DNA from: Nitrosopumilus sp. | GTDB lineage: Archaea; Thermoproteota; Nitrososphaeria; Nitrososphaerales; Nitrosopumilaceae | Direction: 5' to 3' | NCBI GenBank assembly: GCA_965214775.1 | Contig: OZ243974.1 | Coordinates: forward strand, 1,440,001-1,504,000 | DNA length: 64,000 nucleotides | Shown here: positions 11,335-21,498 of the stretch, in pieces | Position numbering within the stretch: the stretch's first letter is position 1 | Layout: each line of letters opens with the position of its first letter | The notes under the pieces: model-generated | The model's input: only the letters and a program-made list of their open reading frames with translations | Told to the model about the DNA's origin: nothing | Database searches by the model: none | Translations under genes and position numbers: made by a program

Positions 11335-11723
11335 CTGCAATAGACAGGCTTGCGACACTCTGGAGTGCGGCCATAGTGGTAGTAGCAGTAGGCGTTACGC
11401 TTGCAATGTCGTCTGCTGGGCCAGAGCCGGTCGGTACGGACATAGATCCCGCTGCGCCGTCTGCACTGTGCGAGTCCCACGGATATGAGTGGAACGAGGA
11501 GTATTATTTTTGTGATATGTGGAGCTCTCATGTGAGCGACAAGATATGCCATGATCATGGCATCGATCAACAGGATTGTCTTGACTATATACTTAAGCTT
11601 GACAGGTATGGTGATCTATGCCGTGAGTGGGGAGGTAATCCGGAAACATGCGACCCAGAAGCTGGGTTGAGTGCGGACAGTAGGACCAAGGTAGATATAT
11701 GCATGACGGTTTGCGGGTTTTAG
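11331..11723 (+). CDS. Secreted/anchored Cys-rich protein, 8 Cys (cassette copy 1)
   Basis: Hydrophobic N-terminus; ends VDICMTVCGF; paralog at 15174. Confidence 0.75.
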   Translation: MTAIDRLATLWSAAIVVVAVGVTLAMSSAGPEPVGTDIDPAAPSALCESHGYEWNEEYYFCDMWSSHVSDKICHDHGIDQQDCLDYILKLDRYGDLCREWGGNPETCDPEAGLSADSRTKVDICMTVCGF

Positions 11724-11725
11724 AC

Positions 11726-13336
11726 ATGCTCAAAATTGCGCCCCTCCTTGCATTGATTGTGTTTCTGCCCGCCGTGGCGGCCTCAATACATGCCGAAGAG
11801 TCTCAAACAGACGACTTGGCCGACGCACACGCCAAAATCACGCGGTACATGCAAGCGCAAAGCGACGCAATCCTGACCCATTCATCACCGCAACGACAAC
11901 AGCCCGACATAGCAGACGAACTGCCGGTGTTCATGTCGTTTGTAAACAGGACATCCAACGAGCTGGTATAGCAACGGGCAGAAGTCTTTGAGTCAAAGTA
12001 GGTCATAACTACACGTAAAAAACCTCAATTATTTCTGCTCGTTGCTATAGTCGGCCTTAATCGAAATGCCACCGGGACGGCAGAGCAGTACATGGAAAAG
12101 ATACGACAAATTACAAACGGTTCTGCCATTCCGGTACGACTAGTCTCAGGCTACTTTGTAGAGGAGTCATGCGATGCAGTCAATGCCAGGTGCGATCCAC
12201 TGATCGGGGGAATAGAGATCGGTCCCGTTACGGGTGGTCGTGGGGCGCTTACACTTCCTGTAATTAACAACAACGAACGCGGTTTTGTAATGTCGGGCCA
12301 TGTTGCAACCCATGACAAACCCAACAAGGGGATATGGCAGCCATACATAAGAAACGATATAAGTATTAATGTGGGTGTTATAACAACAAACCCATCAGGC
12401 ACCCGCAGCAGCGACTCTGCGTTTGTCCGTACGCTTGACAGCATTGCGTTGGAGCAAAAGATCTTCAACCCCGACGGCGATCCGTATGACGTTGTAGGGA
12501 CAAGAACGTCCGAGGTTCATGACATTGTGTACATGGCAGGGATAATAAACAAGACCATTAATGGTAAAAACTACACGACCACTTCCGGCGGAGTGCTTTC
12601 AACCGGGGTCACGATAGACAGTCAGATATACGGGACGCTTACCAACCAAAACGTGGCCTCATACCTGTCAGCAAGCGGTGACAGCGGGGCCCCCGTTTAC
12701 TCCCTCGATTCCGGAGACGGCGTGCTGCTTCACGGCATCCATGTGGGAAAGTCATGTTTCAGTGACTTTCCGCCGACGATCCAAATACCATATGTCTGCG
12801 AATACCCCTGGACCGTATACTCGCCCTGGGAGCATGTCCAGTCCGAACTGAACCTGAGACCCATTGTTGGGGGGGAAATATTCGACCTTCTAGGAATATA
12901 TTACGCAAGGCCCGACCTGCAGGCCGCATACCCGGAGGCTGCCTCCGGCGACATGGCCGGACTGATTAGGTGGGCCTGGCATCACGGAATCAACGAGTCT
13001 CCCACAGTCCTGGGCCCGCACGCGCACACGTATGCGCTGCTGCACATATGGAACCAGAGGCCCGACCTGCAGGCAGCCTGGCCGGAGGCCGCAACAGGCG
13101 ACCGTGCCGCACTGACTGTCTGGGCGCGCGACTGGGGAATCAACGAGTCTCCCACAGTCCTGGGCCCGCACGCGCACACGTATGCGCTGCTCTCCATACA
13201 TGACTCAAGACCGGATCTGCAGGCAGCATACCCCGAGGCCGCAACAGGCGACCGCACCGGGCTGTCCAAGTGGGCACGGGATCACGGGGTCACCGCCTAC
13301 CCGTCCATCTTGGGTCCGTATGCGGGAAGTTACTGA
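11726..13336 (+). pseudogene. Secreted S1 (chymotrypsin-fold) serine protease copy 1, disrupted by a MITE
   Basis: MSGHV, SSDSAFV, SGDSGAP motifs; removing 79-bp MITE plus TA restores ELVVGLNRNA in frame (509 aa); 3 RPDL repeats. Confidence 0.9.
11969..12047. mobile_element. MITE family I (79 bp, TA duplication)
   Basis: TIR TAGCAACGGGCAGAA / TTCTGCTCGTTGCTA; other copies at 26575 and 35170; absent from paralogous gene. Confidence 0.95.
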
Positions 13337-13410
13337 CGGCTACGGACGAGATTCACCCGTTGCCATCTGCACAGGCATGAATTACATACTTCTGGGAAAA
13401 TTGGGCATCG

Positions 13411-13498
13411 TAATACACGCATCAAAAAATGGATCATGATTTTGCCACATCGTGTCTGTTTTGACACAAAAGTGTTTGATTTTCAACTGTGCACACTA
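13411..13498. mobile_element. MITE family M (88 bp), flanked by CG; preceded by a family K fragment (~13348-13403)
   Basis: Ends TAATAC.. / ..CACACTA; related copies at 18454, 24806 (partial), 25030, 35255. Confidence 0.75.
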
Positions 13499-13587
13499 CG
13501 GATCATATCTCTGGGCAACATTTGGCATCATCATCATACCCTGCAAATACCCTAGTGGGAATGTAATCTGATGTCCCAGCTGAAATA

Positions 13588-13848
13588 TTGCGCAAGAGAA
13601 AAGGCCAAAACGAAGAGTTCCAGACAAAGTGCCACTTTTGCAAGAAGGAATTCTTCTTAAAAAGAAACCAGTTTGACAAAATAGTAAAGAAAAGGCCGTT
13701 CTGCCAGAGCTGCAAGAAAAACACGCCTCCCGACGTTCCAAGCCTCTACTGCAAATCATGCAAGAGAAACATCTTCTCAAAGTATGAGAATCCTAGATGC
13801 TACAAGTGTGGGGGACATTCCCAACTGGTTCCATTCGCATCAGGCTAG
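13588..13848 (+). CDS. Small double zinc-ribbon protein (4 CxxC), copy 1
   Basis: CHFC, CQSC, CKSC, CYKC; identical protein at 18631. Confidence 0.7.
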   Translation: MRKRKGQNEEFQTKCHFCKKEFFLKRNQFDKIVKKRPFCQSCKKNTPPDVPSLYCKSCKRNIFSKYENPRCYKCGGHSQLVPFASG

Positions 13849-13881
13849 CTTGGGTACGGCATGATGATGGCAGAATAGAAC

Positions 13882-14727
13882 TTGGGATTTGTCTCAAACC
13901 CCAGCAGAAAGGGTGAACCTTGTATAGCAAACAACTTAAGGCGCAAAGATGCCCAAAGTGCCATGGAGCACATCAACGGCGGCACTAGCGCCGGCGAGGG
14001 AGGGAGGCCTGTCAGCAGGGTCTGGGCGTGTGTGTTCTCAATCACCATATTTGCGGTGTTGTGGACCGGCAAGATGAAAAAGACGAGAAGATGGGCGGCA
14101 CTCTTTGCGGTGCTTGTACTGGCCTTCTCGGCAGACGAGATGCTCTACCCGCTTGACGGTTCCACGACCTGGTGGGATCTGGTGGGGTATGATGTCCCAA
14201 ACCCACAAATCGAGGATCTCGTAGGTACGGTAATGCAGAGCATTACCTCTGATACTACTGATGCCATCGCAGACGGCACGATACGCGCCGCATCCGTGGT
14301 GCTGACGCTGCTGTGGGACTGGGTTGTGCCCGTCGGCCCCGTGTTTGCCATGATATACTGCATGTTCAGGTGGACTACCAAGTACAACCTTGAGAACTTT
14401 GGATGCAGGTCAAAGAGGGAATGGAAGCGTAGGGATCCTGTGCAGAGAAACGTTGAGGAAGAGGTGGCCGATGCAGGCCGGAGAGTGGCGGCGGGCTTTG
14501 GGAATCTCGGCAAAAGGGCTGCAGGGAGGGTGCCGTCCGGGAAGATAAGGGGCTACGGCGCGTCTGCAGCAGACAAGGCGACATGGCTCTCAGAGAAGAT
14601 GCGAGAACCAAACCACGACAGGGCAATAAGGGAGATCGAGAAATATCACGACCTGATGTTGCGTGGAATAATCTCAAGATCCGACTTTGAAATGAAAAAG
14701 GACGCGCTGCTGGGCCTCGAAAAGTAG
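13882..14727 (+). CDS. Membrane protein with C-terminal SHOCT-like domain (true start uncertain)
   Basis: Hydrophobic segments; IREIEKYHDLMLRGIISRSDFEMKKDALL; 3' fragment repeated at 10779-10881. Confidence 0.7.
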   Translation: MGFVSNPSRKGEPCIANNLRRKDAQSAMEHINGGTSAGEGGRPVSRVWACVFSITIFAVLWTGKMKKTRRWAALFAVLVLAFSADEMLYPLDGSTTWWDLVGYDVPNPQIEDLVGTVMQSITSDTTDAIADGTIRAASVVLTLLWDWVVPVGPVFAMIYCMFRWTTKYNLENFGCRSKREWKRRDPVQRNVEEEVADAGRRVAAGFGNLGKRAAGRVPSGKIRGYGASAADKATWLSEKMREPNHDRAIREIEKYHDLMLRGIISRSDFEMKKDALLGLEK

Positions 14728-14943
14728 CCGGCCACGATCCTAAAAACTGTCATTTGACAAGCATCATCCTTGTTGATATTGCATCCTGTTTCAGGATGCC
14801 TGCATTTGGAACAGTCTTCCTAGAAGTAATCCCGAAAACGACCTTGGATTTGAAATAAATCAAGTTATGGTGCATGGTATCTGACCGTCGACGGTTTGTG
14901 CAAAACATAGTGTTAAAATATGGAATATGGTACAGAATGCTGA

Positions 14944-15186
14944 ATGGTCAGACTGGATCTTGCACGCCTTGGCACGGATAATTCTGGCAACCATCCCCGT
15001 CAATGTGACATTGACGATGTAACGGGATCAGCAGACGGAGGAGGAAGAATCAGGTTTGGCGATAGCAGCTTTACAATTGAAGAAAAGAATCCACGCCTGA
15101 TAATACTGCCAATGGACGACGTCTGGAGACTTGGCGAAGCGCTGTCTGAGGCGCACGCGCAGGAGGGCGAGGCATGGCGGCAATAG
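14944..15186 (+). CDS. Hypothetical 80-aa protein (cassette copy 2)
   Basis: Paralog of 11098-11334. Confidence 0.6.
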   Translation: MVRLDLARLGTDNSGNHPRQCDIDDVTGSADGGGRIRFGDSSFTIEEKNPRLIILPMDDVWRLGEALSEAHAQEGEAWRQ

Positions 15187-15479
15187 ACAGGCTTGCGGCA
15201 CTCTGGAGCGCGGCCATAGTGACATTGGCAGTAGGCGTTACGCTTGCAATGTCATCTGCCGGGCCAGAGCCGGCCGGCACGGACATAGATCCCACTGCAC
15301 CGTCTGCACTGTGCGAGTCCCACGGGTATGAATGGAGTGAAAAGTATGATTATTGTCATATGCGTAATATTGATTTATGCCGTGATTGGGGGGGCAGAGC
15401 TGCCTGCTATCCTGGTCCGGAACTTAATTGCTTTAAGCGTACTTGTGTGGATGTGTGTTGGATGGGTTGTGGGTTTTAG
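15174..15479 (+). CDS. Secreted/anchored Cys-rich protein, 8 Cys (cassette copy 2)
   Basis: Nearly the same N-terminus to CESHGYEW as 11331, divergent C-terminal part ending VDVCWMGCGF. Confidence 0.75.
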   Translation: MAAIDRLAALWSAAIVTLAVGVTLAMSSAGPEPAGTDIDPTAPSALCESHGYEWSEKYDYCHMRNIDLCRDWGGRAACYPGPELNCFKRTCVDVCWMGCGF

Positions 15480-15481
15480 AC

Positions 15482-17242
15482 ATGCTCAAAATTGCGCCCC
15501 TCCTTGCATTGATTGTGTTTCTGCCCGCCGTGGCGGCCTCAATACATGCCGAAGAGTCTCAAACAGACGACTTGGCCGACGCACACGCCAAAATCACGCG
15601 GTACATGCAAGCGCAAAGCGACGCAATCCTGACCCATTCATCACCGCAACGACAACAGCCCGACATAGCAGACGAACTGCCGGTGTTCATGTCGTTTGTA
15701 AATAGGACATCCAACGAGCTGGTGATCGGCCTGGATCGAAATGCCACCGGGACGGCAGAGCAATACATGGAAAAGATACGACAAATTACAAACGGTTCTG
15801 CCATTCCAGTACGACTAGTCTCAGGCTACTTTGTAGAGGAGTCATGTGATGCAGTCAATGACAGGTGCGATCCGCTGATCGGTGGTATAGAAGTCAGCGT
15901 CAATGTACACCCATCCATTCCCAAGTTTCCGGTTGGTCCAATCACAATTCCTGTAGTTAACAACAATGGGGATTTGGGATTTGTCATGTCAGGTCATGTA
16001 GCTGGTACCCGCCTTAATGTTGGCATATTCCAGCCAAATGAGAATCACTTGAACCATATTGGTGTGGGAAATGTGATCACTAATCCAACCAATGCCCGGT
16101 CTAGCGACTCTGCGTTTGTCCGTACGCTTGACAACATTGCGTTGGAGCAAAAGATCTTCAACCCCGACGGCGATCCGTATGACGTTGTAGGGACAAGAAC
16201 GTCCGAGGTTCATGACATTGTGTACATGGCAGGGATAATAAACAAGACCATTAATGGTAAAAACTACACGACCACTTCCGGCGGAGTGCTTTCAACCGGG
16301 GTCACGATAGACAGTCAGATATACGGGACGCTTACCAACCAAAACGTGGCCTCATACCTGTCAGCAAGCGGTGACAGCGGGGCCCCCGTTTACTCCCTCG
16401 ATTCCGGAGACGGCGTGCTGCTTCACGGCATCCATGTGGGAAAGTCATGTTTCAGTGACTTTCCGCCGACGATCCAAATACCATATGTCTGCGAATACCC
16501 CTGGACCGTATACTCGCCCTGGGAGCATGTCCAGTCCGAGCTGAACCTGAGACCCATTGTTGGAGGGGAAATATTCGACCTTCTAGGAATATATTACGCA
16601 AGGCCCGACCTGCAGGCCGCATACCCGGAGGCTGCCTCCGGCGACATGGCCGGACTGATCGGATGGGCTTGGCAGTACGGAACAGTCGACTATCCAAACG
16701 ACCCCAACGGTCCACACGCCGTGCTGGGCCCACACGCGCACACGTACGCATTAATGCACATTTGGAACCAGAGGCCCGACCTGCAGGCCGCATACCCGGA
16801 GGCTGCCTCCGGCGACATGGCCGGACTGATCGGATGGGCTTGGCAGTACGGAACAGTCGACTATCCAAACGACCCCAACGGTCCACACGCCGTGCTGGGC
16901 CCACACGCGCACACGTACGCGCTGATCACAATCTATGATGTAAGGCCGGATCTACGTACAGCGTACCCAGAGGCAGTTGCAGGCGACCGCGCTGCCCTCA
17001 CGGTCTGGGCGCGCGACTGGGGAATCAGCGACTATCCAAACGACCCCAACGGTCCACACGCCGTGCTGGGCCCACACGCGCACACGTACGCGCTGATCAC
17101 AATCTATGATGTAAGGCCGGATCTACGTACAGCGTACCCAGAGGCAGTTGCAGGCGACCACGCCGGGCTGTCCAAGTGGGCACGGGATCACGGGGTCACC
17201 GCCTACCCGTCCATCTTGGGTCCGTATGCGGGAAGTTACTGA
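15482..17242 (+). CDS. Secreted S1 serine protease with prodomain and 4 C-terminal RPDL repeats (intact copy, 586 aa)
   Basis: Signal peptide MLKIAPLLALIVFLPAVAA; His/Asp/Ser motifs MSGHV, SSDSAFV, GDSGAP. Confidence 0.9.
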   Translation: MLKIAPLLALIVFLPAVAASIHAEESQTDDLADAHAKITRYMQAQSDAILTHSSPQRQQPDIADELPVFMSFVNRTSNELVIGLDRNATGTAEQYMEKIRQITNGSAIPVRLVSGYFVEESCDAVNDRCDPLIGGIEVSVNVHPSIPKFPVGPITIPVVNNNGDLGFVMSGHVAGTRLNVGIFQPNENHLNHIGVGNVITNPTNARSSDSAFVRTLDNIALEQKIFNPDGDPYDVVGTRTSEVHDIVYMAGIINKTINGKNYTTTSGGVLSTGVTIDSQIYGTLTNQNVASYLSASGDSGAPVYSLDSGDGVLLHGIHVGKSCFSDFPPTIQIPYVCEYPWTVYSPWEHVQSELNLRPIVGGEIFDLLGIYYARPDLQAAYPEAASGDMAGLIGWAWQYGTVDYPNDPNGPHAVLGPHAHTYALMHIWNQRPDLQAAYPEAASGDMAGLIGWAWQYGTVDYPNDPNGPHAVLGPHAHTYALITIYDVRPDLRTAYPEAVAGDRAALTVWARDWGISDYPNDPNGPHAVLGPHAHTYALITIYDVRPDLRTAYPEAVAGDHAGLSKWARDHGVTAYPSILGPYAGSY

Positions 17243-17244
17243 CG

Positions 17245-18379
17245 TAGTATCTACGTCAGCCATTTGTTCATCTTTACCACCTTTATCTCGCCCCTGCGCG
17301 TCATACTGCGCAGTGATCTCTGCATCTCCTTGACGGTCTTGTAAAGGCAGTTTGAAGTCGCCTTTTTGAACCCGCGCCACTGCCCCTCCGAGTTGTTAAG
17401 CTCCGGCGCGTACGGCGGCAGGTACTTTAGCACCACGTCCCCGTTCCACTTGGCCATCTTTCTATTGAGTTCTGCTGACTTGTGGTACGATGCGTTGTCG
17501 ACAAACAACAACACCTTGCCGTACTTGCGGCGCAGTGTCCTGAGAAACTTGTAGAACGTTCCCGTGTTGGCCTTTTCGTAAAAGCGATAGTCAAACCTGT
17601 TTCTTGAGAGGGCCCCTATGACATAGAACCGCTTCCTAGACAGGCTGACGGGCGTATAGACCGGCTCTCCTACGGGGTACCAGCTGTTCTTGACGTTCCA
17701 TCCCAGTATGAACATGGACTCGTCGCCTATCATTACCGTGTACCCCTTTTTTGAATAGTACTTTGCGCTCTGCCTAGCTTTTTTTTTGAACTCCTTTTTC
17801 TCGGATTCTGAGGCTGATTTTGGGTGTTTTGGCCTGGGCTTTCTGCATGAGAAGCCGATTCTGTGCAGCAGGTCGTACATGCTCGTTTCTGCATACGTGA
17901 TGCCGAACTTCTTTTTGACGTGGGCAATGACCAGCGGCCCTGTCCATGTTGTGGCCTTAAAGCCGCAGTTGTCCGGGCCCTTGATCAGGTCTGCGCGCAG
18001 CCGTTCAAGCTGTTTCTTGTCGAGCCTGCACGGGGCGCCATGCTTTATGTCAAACCTGCCCTCCAGGCCATGCTTGTGCGCACGCACCAGCCAGTATCGT
18101 ACGGTTCCATACGGCCTGCTCAGCTTCTCGGCAATATCATATATGCTCGCGCCGCACTTTCTCATGTGGTATGCAAGGAGCCGGATTGCCGCCTTGGCGT
18201 CCTTCTCGGACTTGTGCATCCTAAAAAGCTCGTCCTTGCTTGCTATCCCGTACAGGAACGCTGTTCCCGTCGGTAATTCCTTCTTTCCTTTCATGTGTAT
18301 ATATGGGACTAATAGCTCTTAGATCCTTTGGTTGAAAAAAATTGTCCTTTTTGTGATCAATTGGTAGCCGAGGATACTA
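17245..18379 (-). mobile_element. IS630-family element copy 2 (1135 bp)
   Basis: Near-identical to 2298-3432; CG duplication shown by the empty paralogous site at ~13334. Confidence 0.95.
17251..18294 (-). CDS. IS630-family transposase
   Basis: Same protein as 2304-3347. Confidence 0.95.
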   Translation of the reverse strand: MKGKKELPTGTAFLYGIASKDELFRMHKSEKDAKAAIRLLAYHMRKCGASIYDIAEKLSRPYGTVRYWLVRAHKHGLEGRFDIKHGAPCRLDKKQLERLRADLIKGPDNCGFKATTWTGPLVIAHVKKKFGITYAETSMYDLLHRIGFSCRKPRPKHPKSASESEKKEFKKKARQSAKYYSKKGYTVMIGDESMFILGWNVKNSWYPVGEPVYTPVSLSRKRFYVIGALSRNRFDYRFYEKANTGTFYKFLRTLRRKYGKVLLFVDNASYHKSAELNRKMAKWNGDVVLKYLPPYAPELNNSEGQWRGFKKATSNCLYKTVKEMQRSLRSMTRRGEIKVVKMNKWLT

Positions 18380-18630
18380 CGGCTACGGACGAGATTCACC
18401 CGTTGCCATCTGCACAGGCATGAATTACATACTTCTGGGAAAATTGGGCATCGTAATACACGCATCAAAAAATGGATCATGATTTTGCCACATCGTGTCT
18501 GTTTTGACACAAAAGTGTTTGATTTTCAACTGTGCACACTACGGATCATATCTCTGGGCAACATTTGGCATCATCATCATACCCTGCAAATACCCTAGTG
18601 GGAATGTAATCTGATGTCCCAGCTGAAATA

Positions 18631-18891
18631 TTGCGCAAGAGAAAAGGCCAAAACGAAGAGTTCCAGACAAAGTGCCACTTTTGCAAGAAGGAATTCTTCT
18701 TAAAAAGAAACCAGTTTGACAAAATAGTAAAGAAAAGGCCGTTCTGCCAGAGCTGCAAGAAAAACACGCCTCCCGACGTTCCAAGCCTCTACTGCAAATC
18801 ATGCAAGAGAAACATCTTCTCAAAGTATGAGAATCCCAGATGCTACAAGTGTGGGGGACATTCCCAACTGGTTCCATTCGCATCAGGCTAG
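18631..18891 (+). CDS. Small double zinc-ribbon protein, copy 2
   Basis: Identical to 13588-13848. Confidence 0.7.
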   Translation: MRKRKGQNEEFQTKCHFCKKEFFLKRNQFDKIVKKRPFCQSCKKNTPPDVPSLYCKSCKRNIFSKYENPRCYKCGGHSQLVPFASG

Positions 18892-19225
18892 CTCGGATAC
18901 TGGATGATGATGGCAGAATAGGCTTGGATTTGTCTCAGACCACAGCAGAAAGGTCTGCCATCCGTACACATTCATGCCATCGTTGTGTATGGCCAGCTTT
19001 AAACCGAACCCGATGTAGTAGATATTCGACTTGGAATGCCCTGTGGGCTAAAGCCTGCGTATGCCGTTAGTGCAACGAACAGCACTGCAAGATAAGAAAC
19101 TCAAACAACAACTTCTAAAATCATGGAATTGGTAACTTGGCAAATACCTGAGATCAATGGAAAAGAAGGGTACTAAATCCAAACGCCGATCATGTGGTTA
19201 AATAGAAATTCTACAAGCATCAGCA

Positions 19226-19652
19226 ATGAACAAAAAGGTACTCAGTTATTCCTGGTGTCATCGCGACTATTGTGCTGGTGCCTTTTCTTGGTCAGATCTC
19301 GACGGACGTCGAACAGCGCAAGGCCTTCGCCGACGTTACGCCCTGCGGGCATGACCTGTATCTGGACGGCTTTGACTTTCGTGTTGATATCTGTATGCAT
19401 AATCCCGGCAACGTCAAGGCGGTTCTGGATCGCGCCGATGTGTGGGTCTATGACGGTGACAACGAGGTTGCAACCGTTGACCTGCCCTATAACATGCAGA
19501 TTCCACCAGGGGAAACCGTATGGGTTGATGCCGATTTGACGTTTTCCGGATTGAGAGGCATGCTAAGCGGGATTATGATTGAAAACCAAGTCGTTTATTG
19601 GTGCGGCTATTATGATAGTCCGATAGGGCCGTTTGAGAGTTGCAATTTCTGA
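19226..19652 (+). pseudogene. LEA-2-like membrane-anchored protein, apparent frameshift near the start
   Basis: ATG 19226 (MNKKV) is out of frame with the hydrophobic anchor and the HNPGNV..LDRADV domain of ORF 19272. Confidence 0.45.
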
Positions 19653-19913
19653 TTTTATAACGCCGGGTCACGTCAGATACAGCATCGGGCGATCTGGTGG
19701 TTCGCGCATTGGATGTAATCATAAAATGAGAATGGGGCGACAAATGGCATCGGCGCCTCTCAAACGTGGTCTTCCGGGAGATCTCCACACGATCACATTC
19801 TTTCAGATACAGCATAGGGCAGGTGCGTGTTGGCGCCGCCAAAACGCCACGACCCCGCCTAATCTAAAACCAATCTGTTAAAAAGACACAGCTCATTTTC
19901 GTTGACAATCCCA

Positions 19914-20123
19914 CTAGACACGCTCAGCAGCATACCAGATGGCAATCCCTGCACCAAGCAAGGCATACCATTTGAAGTTCTTCTTGTTCATGAAGATGTT
20001 GGCCGATGCTGACTCCCCGTCCTTGTGATAGACTGTCAGGCGGATTTTTCTCATCTCAAAGGCCTGCCCGACTAGTCCTATCACGAGCAGGGCAATTGCG
20101 ACAAAGCCCATGGTCCATTCCAT
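19914..20123 (-). CDS. Small two-TM membrane protein
   Basis: Two hydrophobic helices; the ORF-track N-terminal extension is MITE sequence. Confidence 0.7.
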   Translation of the reverse strand: MEWTMGFVAIALLVIGLVGQAFEMRKIRLTVYHKDGESASANIFMNKKNFKWYALLGAGIAIWYAAERV

Positions 20124-20177
20124 AAAGGATGTAATGATTTCTCCGATATGTAGTTTCCATCTGAGCAAAAAAAAAAA

Positions 20178-20298
20178 CAGTCTTCCCAGAAGTTCCCAGA
20201 AAAACGGCTCCAAATTTGCCACAATTCAGATTATGATGCCTGCAAATCCGCATGCAGCCGTCTGCACTGCCATGAGTCAGTTACATCTGTGAAGACTG
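20178..20298. mobile_element. MITE family K (121 bp, 5-6 bp duplication)
   Basis: TIR CAGTCTTCCCAGA / TCTGTGAAGACTG; AAAAAA flanks; copies at 41768, 52363, 61392. Confidence 0.9.
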
Positions 20299-20342
20299 AA
20301 AAAAGATAATTCTTTAAATTAGCATGTTTTTTTCTCTCCCCT

Positions 20343-21257
20343 ATGAGGGAAGTTGGAAAGATATGGATGAATGGAAGGTTGGTACCGTTCAGGGATGCCA
20401 GGATCCATGTTCTGACCCATGCATTACACTATTCAACATCTGTCTTTGAGGGAATTAGATGCTATGATACCCCCAACGGCCCGGCAATCTTCAGGCTTCC
20501 CGAACATGTTGACAGATTCTACAAATCGGCAAAGCTATACTCTATGAAAATGCAATTTACGAAAAATCAGATCAGTGAGGGAATTATCAAAACAGTAAAG
20601 GCTAGCGGTCACAAGGAATGTTACATCAGGCCGCTGGCATATTATGGCTATGGAGCTATGGGACTTACGCCAACTCAAAACAAGGTAGACGTCTCAATCT
20701 CATGTTGGGAATGGAACATGGGGGAATCCAAAGCTGGAAAGTTCTCGGGGGCAAAATGCAAGGTATCAAGCTGGATTAAAATCGACTCGCGCTCACAACC
20801 CATGCAGGCCAAGGCCGCGTCAAACTATGCAAATGCAGCGCTGGCAAGGATGGAAGCATTGGAAAACGGATATGACGAGGCCATCATGCTGAATTCACAT
20901 GGAAAAGTCGCAGAAGGAAGTGCCGAAAACATTTTCATTGTTAAAGATGACATGATACAAACACCACCGCTCTCTGCCGGTGGACTAGAGGGAATCACAA
21001 GGGATAGCGTCATCCAGATAACTGAGGAGAACGGGGGGTTTGTAGCTGAGAGGGATCTGGAAAGAGACGATCTTTATGCGGCCGATGAGATCTTTATGAC
21101 GGGCACCGCAGCCGAAGTAAAATCAGTCACCCAAGTTGACAAAACCAGGATAGGGAATGGGAAAATGGGAAGCATAACCAAGGCATTACAGAAGTCCTTT
21201 TCTGAGGCTGCAATGGGCAGGGATGAAAGATTCCTTTCATGGCTGACACTCGTATGA
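20343..21257 (+). CDS. ilvE: Branched-chain amino acid aminotransferase
   Basis: ALHYSTSVFEGIR, CYIRP, AKAASNY, EGSAENIF, LEGITR, GTAAEV. Confidence 0.95.
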   Translation: MREVGKIWMNGRLVPFRDARIHVLTHALHYSTSVFEGIRCYDTPNGPAIFRLPEHVDRFYKSAKLYSMKMQFTKNQISEGIIKTVKASGHKECYIRPLAYYGYGAMGLTPTQNKVDVSISCWEWNMGESKAGKFSGAKCKVSSWIKIDSRSQPMQAKAASNYANAALARMEALENGYDEAIMLNSHGKVAEGSAENIFIVKDDMIQTPPLSAGGLEGITRDSVIQITEENGGFVAERDLERDDLYAADEIFMTGTAAEVKSVTQVDKTRIGNGKMGSITKALQKSFSEAAMGRDERFLSWLTLV

Positions 21258-21498
21258 TTCACGAGGTTTTTTAACCGCGGACTTTGGTAGATGGTTATGG
21301 ATTCCTGTACGACTGGCGATGTGCCTGAAATATGCTGGTTTTGCAGAAAGGGCCGTTGTGATGATTGCATGAAAGAGATTCCCATTCAGGGAAGAATGTC
21401 TGACGGGCCTCATGACTGCACATTTGATACCAGATTGGTCCCATGCAGGTGTCAACACTGAAAAATCAGTACAAATAAGGCTCCAATCTGGAAAAGTT

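Larger units (their letters stand above)
10779..18953 (+). repeat. Tandem segmental duplication, unit ~3.85 kb (10779-~13912 vs 14625-~18953)
   Basis: Long identical stretches (e.g. 10779.. = 14625..; 13588.. = 18631..) with localised divergent blocks and copy-specific insertions. Confidence 0.95.

Noticed and set aside
11490-16100. Diversity-generating retroelement behind the cassette variation
   Set aside because: Differences include indels and all bases, not adenine-specific changes; no reverse transcriptase in the window
17243-18381. Canonical TA duplication for the IS630 copies (target CGTACG)
   Set aside because: The empty paralogous site lacks the extra TACG, and the IS5 frame is not restored under this model
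20056-20292. Similar short ORFs at 20056/20110, 52273/52375, 61147 and 26858/35516 as gene families
   Set aside because: They are translations of MITE K and E sequence
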